The position numbers were made by a program, and so were the translations under genes. The notes below the pieces were generated by a model. The model did not search any database. It was given only the letters and a program-made list of their open reading frames with translations, and was not told the origin of the DNA. A DNA stretch of 50,348 nucleotides, from the NCBI GenBank assembly GCA_964354055.1, contig CAYGYI010000001.1, positions 1-50,348 on the forward strand, in the 5' to 3' direction. Origin of the DNA: an uncultured Candidatus Bathyarchaeia archaeon (GTDB taxonomy: Archaea > Thermoproteota > Bathyarchaeia > Bathyarchaeales > Bathycorpusculaceae). Below, piece by piece: positions 25,258-34,308 of this stretch (its first letter is position 1; the number at the start of each line of letters is the position of its first letter).

Positions 25258-26511
25258 TTATCTGAGTTTGTTGATGATTTTCCTTATGTGATGCCAGCCT
25301 CGGGAGTATAGGCTTAGCCTAGAGCGAGGCCACCTGTTGCACCGGATTATAGCAGTCATTTCGTATGGCGAAAGTGAAGATTGGCGCCTAACCGAATTGT
25401 CCCATTCCTCCTGATTCCTTTCCAAGAAGACCTTGGAGGCCCCTCTTGCGCCCCTGGAATACGGCTTTCTATTCCTAGCGTCCCAGAGACGTTGATATTT
25501 CGTTAAGTTCTTTGTGCGTAGCCTTCCCTTTTCAAAGGCTTCAACTACTGCATTACCACACATTTCGCCGCTCTCCAATGCTGGTCGCACTCCTTCGTTA
25601 TACCAAGATGTTGCCTGACCTGCAGCGTCTCCAACAACCATAATCTGTCCGTAGACAAATCTCCTAAGAGGACCAATCGGTATAGTTCCGTATTCCGATC
25701 TTTGTCTCTTAGCACCTGCTAGCATCTCGTTGTACGGATAGAAGTTTCGGACTGCTTCCCTGAAATTCCTTTCGACGATATCTTTAGGATAGGCATTTGA
25801 TCTCGTGACTGTTGCGAAACCAAACCGCACTGTATTCTCACCAATTGGGTACATCCATCCTCCGCCGTTTCCGTACCTGGTGCCTGAAAAAATGCACATT
25901 TCTTTCGGATCTTTAATGTTGCATCCTCCAAGAAGTTCGCCATAAGGGTGACTAAAAAGAGTGGGAAGCTTGATTCCAAGTCTGCGCGATGCGAAGAAAC
26001 TGCTTCCCGACGCATCAACCAAAGCATGACACAGGACACTTGAGGAATTTGAGAGGGACAGTTTCAGGCAGGTTCTTGTTGCTTCAATGTCAAGGGCTTC
26101 AGTCTTTTCCAATATGTTCACAGTGCCCTTCTTTGTTATCTGGTTGAGTAGGATGTTGCATGCTTTCTGGTAGTCCAGCGTTACGAAAGCAGGTTTTTCG
26201 TATTTGAAAGATGCGACGACTCCGGTTGGAGACCTGTAGGTGAATCGTGTGTATTTCTGGAGCACCGCATCCGAAAGATGGAAACGTTGAACTGTGTCTG
26301 GGAAAGTGAAAGGCGAAGTCTTCGATGGATCTCCAACTGTGCCTTTCTCGACGAGAAGAAGCGTTGCTTCAGCTTTCCGGGATATTGGTAGCGCAGTGGA
26401 TAGCCCAGCGGCTCCTCCTCCGACTATTACAACGTCGTATTCTTCCAATGAAACCTTCCTCGTTCTCTTGCGCTGAATACGTTTTGGCGACGACTCTATT
26501 GGAATGTGCAT
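25258..26511 (-). CDS. geranylgeranyl reductase-like FAD-dependent oxidoreductase, divergent paralog 2
   Basis: It carries YDVVIVGGGAAGLSTA and VVGDAAGQATSWYNEGVRPALESG. Confidence 0.8.
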   Translation of the reverse strand: MHIPIESSPKRIQRKRTRKVSLEEYDVVIVGGGAAGLSTALPISRKAEATLLLVEKGTVGDPSKTSPFTFPDTVQRFHLSDAVLQKYTRFTYRSPTGVVASFKYEKPAFVTLDYQKACNILLNQITKKGTVNILEKTEALDIEATRTCLKLSLSNSSSVLCHALVDASGSSFFASRRLGIKLPTLFSHPYGELLGGCNIKDPKEMCIFSGTRYGNGGGWMYPIGENTVRFGFATVTRSNAYPKDIVERNFREAVRNFYPYNEMLAGAKRQRSEYGTIPIGPLRRFVYGQIMVVGDAAGQATSWYNEGVRPALESGEMCGNAVVEAFEKGRLRTKNLTKYQRLWDARNRKPYSRGARGASKVFLERNQEEWDNSVRRQSSLSPYEMTAIIRCNRWPRSRLSLYSRGWHHIRKIINKLR

Positions 26512-26536
26512 ATCAAACTAGGGGTGACTCGTTTCG

Positions 26537-27865
26537 TCAGGGTGACGTTACAGTGATTTCTTTGCTGCTCGATGATATGACTATTCCGGATGAAGAGAGT
26601 ATCTGGAACGATACTGCATAGTCGTCTGGGATTGGGGCTACGGTTCCCTTGAGTAGTGTCAGTTTGAATGTTTGCCCGGCGGCAATGTTTCCGGGTCCAT
26701 AGTTTTGGCGGTACATGGTCCGGTTAGAGCTGTTCATCACGGTGAACCTTGCGGTGATGCGTGCCACGTTGTAATGTGAGATTCCAGAAACAGAGAAGAC
26801 ATAGTAATCTCCAGGGTTATAGAAGTCTTTGTTTGCGGTAACTGAGCTTTCTATTGGCACGGCGATAGATGGGTTGTCTGCGTAATAGTCTGCAAAGCTC
26901 TGAGCGTTTTTCTCGGTTATGGGTTCGTGTGTGAAATTGACGATCATGTGATAGGTGTGGGTGGAAATGTTCGTAGTTTTGCTAAATTCGTGTGCTGCGC
27001 CGCCCTCTAATATGTTGTTTCTTTGACTGTAGTAACTATCTGATTTCCACTTGTCAACACTCGTCAGTTCGTCGTATTTGTAGGCGATGAGGATGTTGTG
27101 TGTTCCGTCTCCGCCAATGCTCGTGTTAGAGAATGGCAGGGCAACTCCGAAGACGTGTCTTGTATCGTTGGGGAGAAGACGAAACGAGGCAAATGAGTCT
27201 CTATACGTGGCTTGGTTAACGATTGAGGTGTAGGCGTATGTTGTGTTGAAAAGGTAGAAAGTGCCGTTGTAACCGAAGCCCGCCGTTCTGGTCAGGTAGA
27301 ACGGGTACCACCTCCACCCGGAGGAAAAAGTCGCGTTGTTTGGGGCAAGGAAAGCTCTCTCAACTGAGACAAGGCCAGTGTCGCGTATGATCCACGTGGA
27401 GTTCACGTGAATAGCGTTTCCTTGGTTGTCTTTGGCAACTTCGCCCGCCCTGCCCATTATCCTTGAGGAAGATTGCAGAATCACGTATTGGCTTGTGTTG
27501 CTAGTCAACCATAGTTTGGCATTCGGGTCTCCGCCTGTCGAAAGAACCAGAGTGGGGTATGGAGGCTTATAGAACAAAGACGTGAACAACGGAAGAAGAT
27601 TGTAGTAGGGTTTCCATCTAACGTTAGCTAGGTTTCTTGAACGGGAAGGGTCAACGGTCAAATCGAAATATTCCGTAATTTCTCCGCCGTTGGTCGCATT
27701 GAAATAGAGTTCAACGTCTCTTACAACGATTCTGATTCCGTTCCCATCTGGAGAAACTTGTACACTGTCGTTTGAGCTTGCAGAAGCCTGTCTTATGGGA
27801 ACAGGAAAAGCGGAACAAGTAACTAGCAAAAGCAACATCATGAGGCTGACCTTAAGCGGCTTCAC
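26537..27865 (-). CDS. secreted protein of unknown function, rich in N-x-S/T sequons
   Basis: 442 aa. The signal peptide is MKPLKVSLMMLLLLVTCSAFPVPIRQASA. At least 12 N-x-S/T sequons are visible. Confidence 0.8.
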   Translation of the reverse strand: MKPLKVSLMMLLLLVTCSAFPVPIRQASASSNDSVQVSPDGNGIRIVVRDVELYFNATNGGEITEYFDLTVDPSRSRNLANVRWKPYYNLLPLFTSLFYKPPYPTLVLSTGGDPNAKLWLTSNTSQYVILQSSSRIMGRAGEVAKDNQGNAIHVNSTWIIRDTGLVSVERAFLAPNNATFSSGWRWYPFYLTRTAGFGYNGTFYLFNTTYAYTSIVNQATYRDSFASFRLLPNDTRHVFGVALPFSNTSIGGDGTHNILIAYKYDELTSVDKWKSDSYYSQRNNILEGGAAHEFSKTTNISTHTYHMIVNFTHEPITEKNAQSFADYYADNPSIAVPIESSVTANKDFYNPGDYYVFSVSGISHYNVARITARFTVMNSSNRTMYRQNYGPGNIAAGQTFKLTLLKGTVAPIPDDYAVSFQILSSSGIVISSSSKEITVTSP

Positions 27866-27952
27866 GGATTCTCCCTCCAGATTTCCATGTACTCATAGCA
27901 TTTATTCCTTGTGATCGCATGTCGCCCATCGCTTCTCATAGTGCGCTTCATA

Positions 27953-29005
27953 TCAGTAACTCCTTTTGCGTATGAAGTCGGCTAGGCCGAGTAACGCGTT
28001 TTTTGCCTCTGACGACGATAGACTGCTCAAGCTTGCTTTTGCAAGCGTTACATAATCTTCAGAGGTTTTATGCGCACGTGTAGTAGCACTTGTTGAAGAT
28101 ATCATTCTGATGGCTTCATTCACTTCGGTCTCACCAATCATAGGAGATCTCAGTATTTCCAGCAGTCTGTCTCTTTCGGCTTCAGAGAGTTCTTTCAAAC
28201 TGTAGAGAATAATCAGGTTTCCGAGTTTGTGCTCTTTAATGTCTTTTCCAATGGTTTTGCCGAGCTCTTCTGTTTTTGCGGTGATGTCCAACAGATCGTC
28301 TATTATCTGGAAGGCTAGTCCGCAGTTCCAGCCGAATCTGGATAATGCGTCGACTTGGTCTGGTGGTCCGTTGCCTACGACACCTCCCACTTTGCAGGCA
28401 GCCTCTAACAATACGGCGGTCTTCTTTCCGATCATTTCAAAGTAGTCCTTTTCACTTATTGACTTGTACATCATTTTTTTGATGTATTCTGCTTCTCGAC
28501 CGGCCTGCTCGAACAAGATGTCCAGCCTTTCTCCTTCGGTGATATTTCTGAGAGCCACACTCAGGATCTCTTCAATCTGCGTCGATCTCGGGCTCTTCTT
28601 TGTCGCTTCGAAGATTGCTTCTCTGTAGTGCATGCCGGCCAGTATGGCCATGACATCATCGTATTTTGCTCTGACTGTGGGCAATCCTCTTCTCAAGTCA
28701 GACCGATCTATTATGTCGTCGAGAATCAGCGTGTAGTTGTGAACTAGCTCGACTGCAGCAGCGGCTGGGATGGCAGTTTCGCCGTCACCGCCAACCGCCA
28801 TGCAACACAAAATCGTGATGGCAGGTCTGATTCGTTTGCCACCGGCTGCAACCTGATGCTTGACAATTTCGTACAGCTCGTCCGACGCACCTGATCTGAG
28901 TGCTTTCAGCAGGAAATCGTCGACAAGTTTGCCTTTTGAAGCCGTTCTCTCAAGAAACTCCATTGAGGTTCCTCCTGCGTCTCTTTCAGTGTGGTCATTG
29001 TTCAT
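27953..29005 (-). CDS. trans-polyprenyl diphosphate synthase, probably GGPP synthase
   Basis: The FARM is LILDDIIDRSDLRRG with Tyr at position -5, and the SARM is FQIIDDLLD. An alternative start is ATG 28963. Confidence 0.9.
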   Translation of the reverse strand: MNNDHTERDAGGTSMEFLERTASKGKLVDDFLLKALRSGASDELYEIVKHQVAAGGKRIRPAITILCCMAVGGDGETAIPAAAAVELVHNYTLILDDIIDRSDLRRGLPTVRAKYDDVMAILAGMHYREAIFEATKKSPRSTQIEEILSVALRNITEGERLDILFEQAGREAEYIKKMMYKSISEKDYFEMIGKKTAVLLEAACKVGGVVGNGPPDQVDALSRFGWNCGLAFQIIDDLLDITAKTEELGKTIGKDIKEHKLGNLIILYSLKELSEAERDRLLEILRSPMIGETEVNEAIRMISSTSATTRAHKTSEDYVTLAKASLSSLSSSEAKNALLGLADFIRKRSY

Positions 29006-29080
29006 AAAGATGATAGTTAACGGTGAAAGGGCGATTTTCTGGCAATTGCATCCTCGAATGTGGCTCCGCGTAAGCAGTTT

Positions 29081-29311
29081 CTAGGTTAAATCGCAGCTTT
29101 CGTGGTGGCAGTATTTTAGGCAGTCTTTGCTGTTCCTTCTGGGGACGCCACGCACCAGTTCTCCATGCAGCTTTCTGAGTCCTTCCCAGCAAATCTGCTT
29201 CTCCTCTAATCTCAGTGTTTTGATTTTTCCTTCTTCTTCAATTTCAAGACAGACTGTGCTTCCTTTGAGTATAGTGCGGGCTTGCATTTCAATCCGAATT
29301 GTTTTACTCAA
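29081..29311 (-). CDS. hypothetical small Cys/His-containing protein
   Basis: 76 aa with a TTG start (ATG at codon 9). It lies 75 bp upstream of the GGPP synthase gene on the same strand. I do not recognise a family. Confidence 0.3.
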   Translation of the reverse strand: MSKTIRIEMQARTILKGSTVCLEIEEEGKIKTLRLEEKQICWEGLRKLHGELVRGVPRRNSKDCLKYCHHESCDLT

Positions 29312-29474
29312 TCTTCCTTATATCCATGCGAGGAATAGCCCTATAGAAAACTCCTCTATTTTGGACTTTGTTCTTCCTGGAGGAATGAATCAGTTGTCAA
29401 GGGCGAGGCGTTGGTTTGAGTAGTGATGGCGGTTGTTGGGGTGCTGGTTAAGAGATGGCGGATCATCAGCTGAA

Positions 29475-30275
29475 TCAAGAGTGGGTGCGCGTTCTGAACG
29501 ATCCCCCACGGAGTATGTAACGGAGTAGTCCTTGTTTTTGAATGGCTCTTGAGGAGATTAGTACTGCCGTGTTTGGATCATATGCAAAAGCTTTGTCGCC
29601 AAAGACTTCGTGGACTCTTCTTCCGAAGTTGAAGTCTTGTCCTTTGGCGAGAGGCTTGAAGGCGACTGTTTTGTATGCGGTTTTTCTTACTGCGATGAAA
29701 TGTCCGGTTGTTGCCCAGATCCTCCGCCAGTATTTGTCGTAGACGTGAGCGAGCAGGTTCAGTAGGATGTTGCCATCATAGTATAGGTGTCCCACATGAT
29801 ATACTACCACTCGTTGGTTCTCGAACGCCCCTGCAATTTTGTTCAGGGTGTCTTGCGGGAAAATGGTGTCGGCATCGGTTCGAACAATGATGTCTCCTTC
29901 TGCAGACATGAAGCCCAAGTGAGTTTGGTAACCTGCGTTTCTCTTTTTCGAAATAACGACTTTCGCTCCTAGTTTTCTGGCTTTTGTTGCTGTGCCGTCC
30001 TCACTCATGCAGTCCACAATTATGACTTCAAAATTGCTGTATGAACCAGCTTTGAGTGACAGTATCGGATTCTTGATGATGCTTGACTCATTCAGCGTTG
30101 GTATTACCACGCTTATTCTTGTCTTCTGTTCGTTTTTTGGTGGGGAGGCTTCATGTGAGTTTTTAGTGGAGGCGTTCATTTTGGATTTGAGTTCGTTTAG
30201 CTCTTTGAATATTCTTCCAGTAAGAATTATCTTCAGAACGTCGCGGATTCTTCTTAGAAATATGCCAGTGTCCAT
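29475..30275 (-). CDS. family 2 glycosyltransferase
   Basis: It carries ISVVIPTLNES, VIIVDCMSEDGT and a DAD (DxD) motif. Confidence 0.88.
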   Translation of the reverse strand: MDTGIFLRRIRDVLKIILTGRIFKELNELKSKMNASTKNSHEASPPKNEQKTRISVVIPTLNESSIIKNPILSLKAGSYSNFEVIIVDCMSEDGTATKARKLGAKVVISKKRNAGYQTHLGFMSAEGDIIVRTDADTIFPQDTLNKIAGAFENQRVVVYHVGHLYYDGNILLNLLAHVYDKYWRRIWATTGHFIAVRKTAYKTVAFKPLAKGQDFNFGRRVHEVFGDKAFAYDPNTAVLISSRAIQKQGLLRYILRGGSFRTRTHS

Positions 30276-30329
30276 TTTTTTCCGCTTCCTTTGATGCGAC
30301 AGGATGGTGGGCTGTTGTCTTGGATAGTA

Positions 30330-31190
30330 CTATGAAAGATTGCTTGAACGTAACTTGAGGTTCAGAGCCTCTAGGTAAGATTCTGGGGTTCCGATATCCA
30401 ACCTTCTTTCTCTCGAGTTCAGTTCCACCGCATAGACCGAGTGTTTTTGGTCTATGAGTTTTTGGATGGCGTTCGTCAATTGTACTTCGCCTCTCATATC
30501 TGGTGGCGTCTCTTCAATGGCTTGATAGATCGTTGAGTCAAAAGCGTAGATGGCCACGACTGCGATGTTCGAGGGAGGTTTGGATGGTTTTTCAATGATT
30601 TTTCTGACTCGGTATAGGTTTTTCGCCACTTTGCGTCCAATGATTACTCCGTATTTTCTTGGGTCTTCTACTCTTTCTACGCAAAGGACTGCAGTTGCTT
30701 TGTGCTCTTCGAAGATATTGATGAGTTTCGACAGGTATCGGTTTTTCTTCGAGATTATCAGATCGTCTCCGGCGTGGACTAGGAATGGTTCCGTGCCTGT
30801 GAACGGTTTTGCGCGATGGACGGCATCGCCGAATCCTCTGGGTTTGGGCTGGTTAATGAATGCTATGTGGGAGTTGCCGATTTTTTCGTAAAACACATCC
30901 AGTTCTCTAGCTGGTTCAGGCTTGTTTCCCTTTTTGAGGAGTTCGACAAAGTCGCTGTCTATCGTGAAATGGTCTTCAACGCTTCTTTTTCCTCTTCCGG
31001 TAATGAAGCCGAATTCTCTGAATCCAACGTCGTAGAGGTTCTCGAACACTATTTGAAGCAAGGGCTTCAGGCATAGCTTCCCGTCAGCGTTTCTTACAAA
31101 AATCGGCAGCATTTCTTTAGGTTGCTCTTTCGTGGCAGGCAATAACCGTGTGCCCAAGCCAGCTGAGGGAATCACGACTTTCTTGATCAT
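30330..31190 (-). CDS. UTP--glucose-1-phosphate uridylyltransferase-like sugar nucleotidyltransferase
   Basis: The N-terminus is VVIPSAGLGTRLLPATKEQPKEMLPI. Confidence 0.88.
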   Translation of the reverse strand: MIKKVVIPSAGLGTRLLPATKEQPKEMLPIFVRNADGKLCLKPLLQIVFENLYDVGFREFGFITGRGKRSVEDHFTIDSDFVELLKKGNKPEPARELDVFYEKIGNSHIAFINQPKPRGFGDAVHRAKPFTGTEPFLVHAGDDLIISKKNRYLSKLINIFEEHKATAVLCVERVEDPRKYGVIIGRKVAKNLYRVRKIIEKPSKPPSNIAVVAIYAFDSTIYQAIEETPPDMRGEVQLTNAIQKLIDQKHSVYAVELNSRERRLDIGTPESYLEALNLKLRSSNLS

Positions 31191-31236
31191 ATCATCCTAC
31201 CCAGCTTGACAATTGGCACCTAAGCATCAGCCCTGT

Positions 31237-32121
31237 TTACTCTCGGACTCCTTTTTCAGCTCCTATTTTCTTGTTAGTCTCTTCCACAGCTTTCAAGAGC
31301 CTAGGATCATGTCCCACGCCTTCAGAGAATTTGATGAATGCCTTGAGGTCTTTCGGCAGACATTTGCCTCCGAATGCCTTGCCATGGATTGTTCCGTACT
31401 TTCCTATTCTTTCGTCCATGGCTGCCACGTTTGCGACAAGGTTTGAATCCACGCCCAGTTTCTGGCAAATGTAGAAAATCTCGTTCCAATAGGAAATTCT
31501 GCTCGCGAGCGCACAGTTGCATGCAAGTTTGATCGTTTCAGCTGTTGTCAGGTCGGTCCTGATGATTGGGATGTTTAATGAGCGATAGAGAGCTTCAAGG
31601 ATGTCGCCACTTTTCTTGCTGAATTCTCCGATGACTATTCTGTCTTCGTTGAAGAAGCCTCTAGAGAATTTGTCGCCATCGCTCCATGTGTGGCTGATCT
31701 CTGTCAGGAATTCGGGATTTACACAGACTCCAACCTGTTCATCTACGCGCTTTCCTGAGGTTTTCTCCAACAATGGTATCAGGTTCTTCTCCGTTGTTGT
31801 TGGTATGACTGTGCTTTTTACAACGACTAAATGGTAGCCGTTTTTGTTTCTTAAGTGTGAAGCTAGGTTTTCCACGACGGCTTTTACGGAGGTTAGGTCC
31901 ATTCCTTTGTCGGTTACGGGTGTAGGAACGCATATGAAGGAGATTTCGGACTTGGCGATGGCATTCTCGATTTCAGTTGTTGCCACAAGTCCGGAGTTGT
32001 TGAGCTGCTTGACTCTGTTCTCATCTATGTCATAGAAAACCAACTGGTTGCCCAACTGGAGTAACGATTTTCCGACGATTGTTCCTATCGTTCCGCTTCC
32101 TAACATGGAAATTCTGGCCAT
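31237..32121 (-). CDS. UDP-glucose/GDP-mannose dehydrogenase family protein lacking the C-terminal nucleotide-sugar-binding domain
   Basis: The Rossmann motif is ISMLGSGTIGTIVG and the catalytic-Cys motif is FGGKCLPKD. The protein stops about 35 aa after that motif (294-301 aa in total). The probable start is ATG 32121. Confidence 0.8.
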   Translation of the reverse strand: MARISMLGSGTIGTIVGKSLLQLGNQLVFYDIDENRVKQLNNSGLVATTEIENAIAKSEISFICVPTPVTDKGMDLTSVKAVVENLASHLRNKNGYHLVVVKSTVIPTTTEKNLIPLLEKTSGKRVDEQVGVCVNPEFLTEISHTWSDGDKFSRGFFNEDRIVIGEFSKKSGDILEALYRSLNIPIIRTDLTTAETIKLACNCALASRISYWNEIFYICQKLGVDSNLVANVAAMDERIGKYGTIHGKAFGGKCLPKDLKAFIKFSEGVGHDPRLLKAVEETNKKIGAEKGVRE

Positions 32122-32261
32122 TATAATCCCTTTCATGCTCAAATGATGTAGTTAATGGTCTGCGATCTTCTTTTTGCTAGTTACTTCATACGTGTCCGAT
32201 GAAATAAACCTGACGAGGTTCTGATAAAACATGATGCAAATAGAAAGGAAGGGTCAGAGTC

Positions 32262-32492
32262 TTATGCCTCTTCTAGTAGTTTCATGAATCCCTCTTTTGA
32301 GATTTTCGCGTCCTTGATTATTTTCAAGAGAAGCCCAATGCTGATTCTTTCTCCAGCATGGACAGGGATAACGGTGATTCTTCCATCAAGATGCTTCATG
32401 ACAACGTGACTGCCACGTTTTCTAACGATTCTGAATCCCAGACTTGATAGTGCTTTTATGACTTTCCTAGCTGGCGGGGGTCTGAGGCTCAA
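32262..32492 (-). CDS. hicA: HicA-family mRNA interferase toxin
   Basis: It carries KVIKALSSLGFRIVRKRGSHVVMKH. The TTG start overlaps the hicB stop (TTGA). Confidence 0.8.
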   Translation of the reverse strand: MSLRPPPARKVIKALSSLGFRIVRKRGSHVVMKHLDGRITVIPVHAGERISIGLLLKIIKDAKISKEGFMKLLEEA

Positions 32493-32704
32493 CTGGCAGG
32501 AACCTCTACGAACTGAAAACCGACCAGTTCAATGCCTTCTTTCGATTTTGAACCTTCAGACTCCAAATAAGCTTCAATGGCTTCTTTGATCCTGCGTGTC
32601 AACTCGTCAAGTGTTTTAGCTTGGGTATGGCAGCCTGGAAGCTCTGGAACGGATGCTAGATAGTAGCCATCTTCGTCCTTTTCCAGCAAAACCGCGAATT
32701 TCAA
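32489..32704 (-). CDS. hicB: HicB-like antitoxin (UPF0150 N-terminal domain only)
   Basis: The sequence is MKFAVLLEKDEDGYYLASVPELPGCHTQAKTLDELTRRIKEAIEAYLE. No appended DNA-binding domain is present. Confidence 0.8.
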   Translation of the reverse strand: MKFAVLLEKDEDGYYLASVPELPGCHTQAKTLDELTRRIKEAIEAYLESEGSKSKEGIELVGFQFVEVPAS

Positions 32705-32836
32705 CTGGAACCACCAAAGAGAATTACAGCAGACTATTACTAAAATCTTTGCAGACCTGCCTATGGTGCCGAGGGCCGGGTTTGTGCATTGGGACAGATT
32801 AGGTTGCAGTGATACAGAAGTTGACGTTGTCGTTGG

Positions 32837-32876
32837 CCGGTTTCAGTTTGTTGTTGTGGTGTTTTCTTTGGGTGTT
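32837..32876. repeat. copy A of an imperfect ~40-bp direct repeat (partner at 36146-36191)
   Basis: The sequence is ccggtttcagtttgttgttgtggtgttttctttgggtgtt. It shares an exact 16-mer, agtttgttgttgtggt (32845-32860), with 36162-36177, plus flanking ccggttt and gggtgtt. Confidence 0.6.
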
Positions 32877-33950
32877 CTAAGCACGAGTGATTAGTTTCTC
32901 GTATTCCCTTGCAACTTCGATGTGGTCGTATTGGCTGACGCTTTGGACTGCGTTTCTGGAGAGTTCGTTCCAGAGTTTTTCGTCGTTTAACAGGAGGGCC
33001 AGTTTTTCGGCGTAGTCCGTGGGGTTATAGGTTTCTGTTCTGAAGCCGTTGTAGCCGTTGGTTACGGCTTCTGCGGGGATTTGGGCTGAGACGACGACTG
33101 GTGTTCCGCTGGCCATGGCTTCTAGTGCGACGTATGCTAGGCCTTCATACTTGGACGGCAGGAGCATGGCTTTAGCTCTGCTGTAGAGATCGATTAGCGC
33201 GTTGTGCGGGATGTTATATTTGGCCTCGATGTTGAGGCTTGAGTGATTTTCATGTTGAATCAGGCCTTCGACATAATCGTTCTTGGCGCCAACCACGATT
33301 AGTTTCGCGTTTACGCCTTTCTTCTTCAACTCTCTCAGGATTTCTATTGACTTTTCCACGTTTTTTATGCGTCTGGTTCCCACGTGGAGGATGGTGTTTT
33401 CTCTTTCTTCAAGCTTGAGTGATTTGAATTGCGAGAGCCTCAGGGGTAGCGGGATCACCGTGCAGTCGAGTCCGAAGAAGCTGCGAAACTCTTTGGCTAG
33501 TTTTTGGGAAACGCATACTCTGGTGCAGTTTTTGTAGAGTCTTTTCACGATGGCTTTTTGAAGCTTGTTGGGGCGCATCTCGTAGATGCCATGGTTGACT
33601 GCGATCTTCTTTCCGCCGAACCTGAGCGGGATTATACCGTTGATTATGACGGCGTCAATGTCCAGTCTTTTGAGGAGCTTGCTGCCTTTCGTGAGCCAGT
33701 CCCAGCTGATCTGTGTCCACGGGTTCCCATTACACGCATTTTGCTTGAGACTTATGATTTCGGGTTTTGCAGCAAACGTGTCCCACGCCCAGTTGGAGAG
33801 ATCTTTGGGTTTTTCAACTCCTTTGAAGCCCCACGTAACTACGCGAATCTTGTGGCCGAGGCTTTCGAGTCCTTCGGATAGTGAGAAGATGAAGTTGTTG
33901 ACGCCGTCCAGTTCAGTTATGTACGTGCGTCTCAGTATCGCAATGTTCAA
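32877..33950 (-). CDS. family 4 (GT-B) glycosyltransferase
   Basis: It carries PSKYEGLAYVALEAMASGTPVVVS (E-x7-E region). Confidence 0.88.
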   Translation of the reverse strand: MNIAILRRTYITELDGVNNFIFSLSEGLESLGHKIRVVTWGFKGVEKPKDLSNWAWDTFAAKPEIISLKQNACNGNPWTQISWDWLTKGSKLLKRLDIDAVIINGIIPLRFGGKKIAVNHGIYEMRPNKLQKAIVKRLYKNCTRVCVSQKLAKEFRSFFGLDCTVIPLPLRLSQFKSLKLEERENTILHVGTRRIKNVEKSIEILRELKKKGVNAKLIVVGAKNDYVEGLIQHENHSSLNIEAKYNIPHNALIDLYSRAKAMLLPSKYEGLAYVALEAMASGTPVVVSAQIPAEAVTNGYNGFRTETYNPTDYAEKLALLLNDEKLWNELSRNAVQSVSQYDHIEVAREYEKLITRA

Positions 33951-34269
33951 GCAAACGCCTGCCTTTCGTCTCTCTATGTAGTCTATTGTTATTCTCTACT
34001 TGGTGTGCGCAGGGGAAAAGCATTGACTGCTTTGAATGGGGGTTTGCTTATGATCGATCTTGTTGGTTTTTGTTGTCTTGATGTACGAAGTGGGAAGGAG
34101 GTTACGTTCGGGATGATCAACGCTCTGCTGAAAATGATGGTCCGTTGGTCTAAACATCTTGGGAGGAGCTTGGTTCTGCCTGTACAATGCTGCTGAAATA
34201 GTCGCCAGTTCGTCTTGAAAGCGCTTAGAGATGGAAGTTTTCACCGGTGGTGCACGAAGTCTGGATGAT

Positions 34270-34308
34270 AAAAAAAAGAATTCTTTCTTTTGTGCGTGTT
34301 GGCGCACG
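34270..34308 (-). terminator. short hairpin followed by T8 after the abiE module
   Basis: On the minus strand the stop is followed by a gtgcg/cgcac stem and then TTTTTTTT (A8 at 34270-34277 on the + strand). Confidence 0.5.

Noticed and set aside
25719-26039. Out-of-frame ORFs inside the GGR paralog 2 gene (25719..26039 -, 26294..26476 +, 26325..26621 +)
   Set aside because: They are shadow frames within or overlapping a CDS with clear FAD-binding motifs.
29423-29473. Possible C/D-box sRNA (GUGAUGG - 14 nt - CUGG - 5 nt - AGAUGG - 11 nt - CUGA) with a repeated gatggcgg 8-mer
   Set aside because: Three of the four boxes deviate from consensus (RUGAUGA / CUGA). The guide spacings are 14 and 11 nt rather than about 12. 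No terminal stem is evident.
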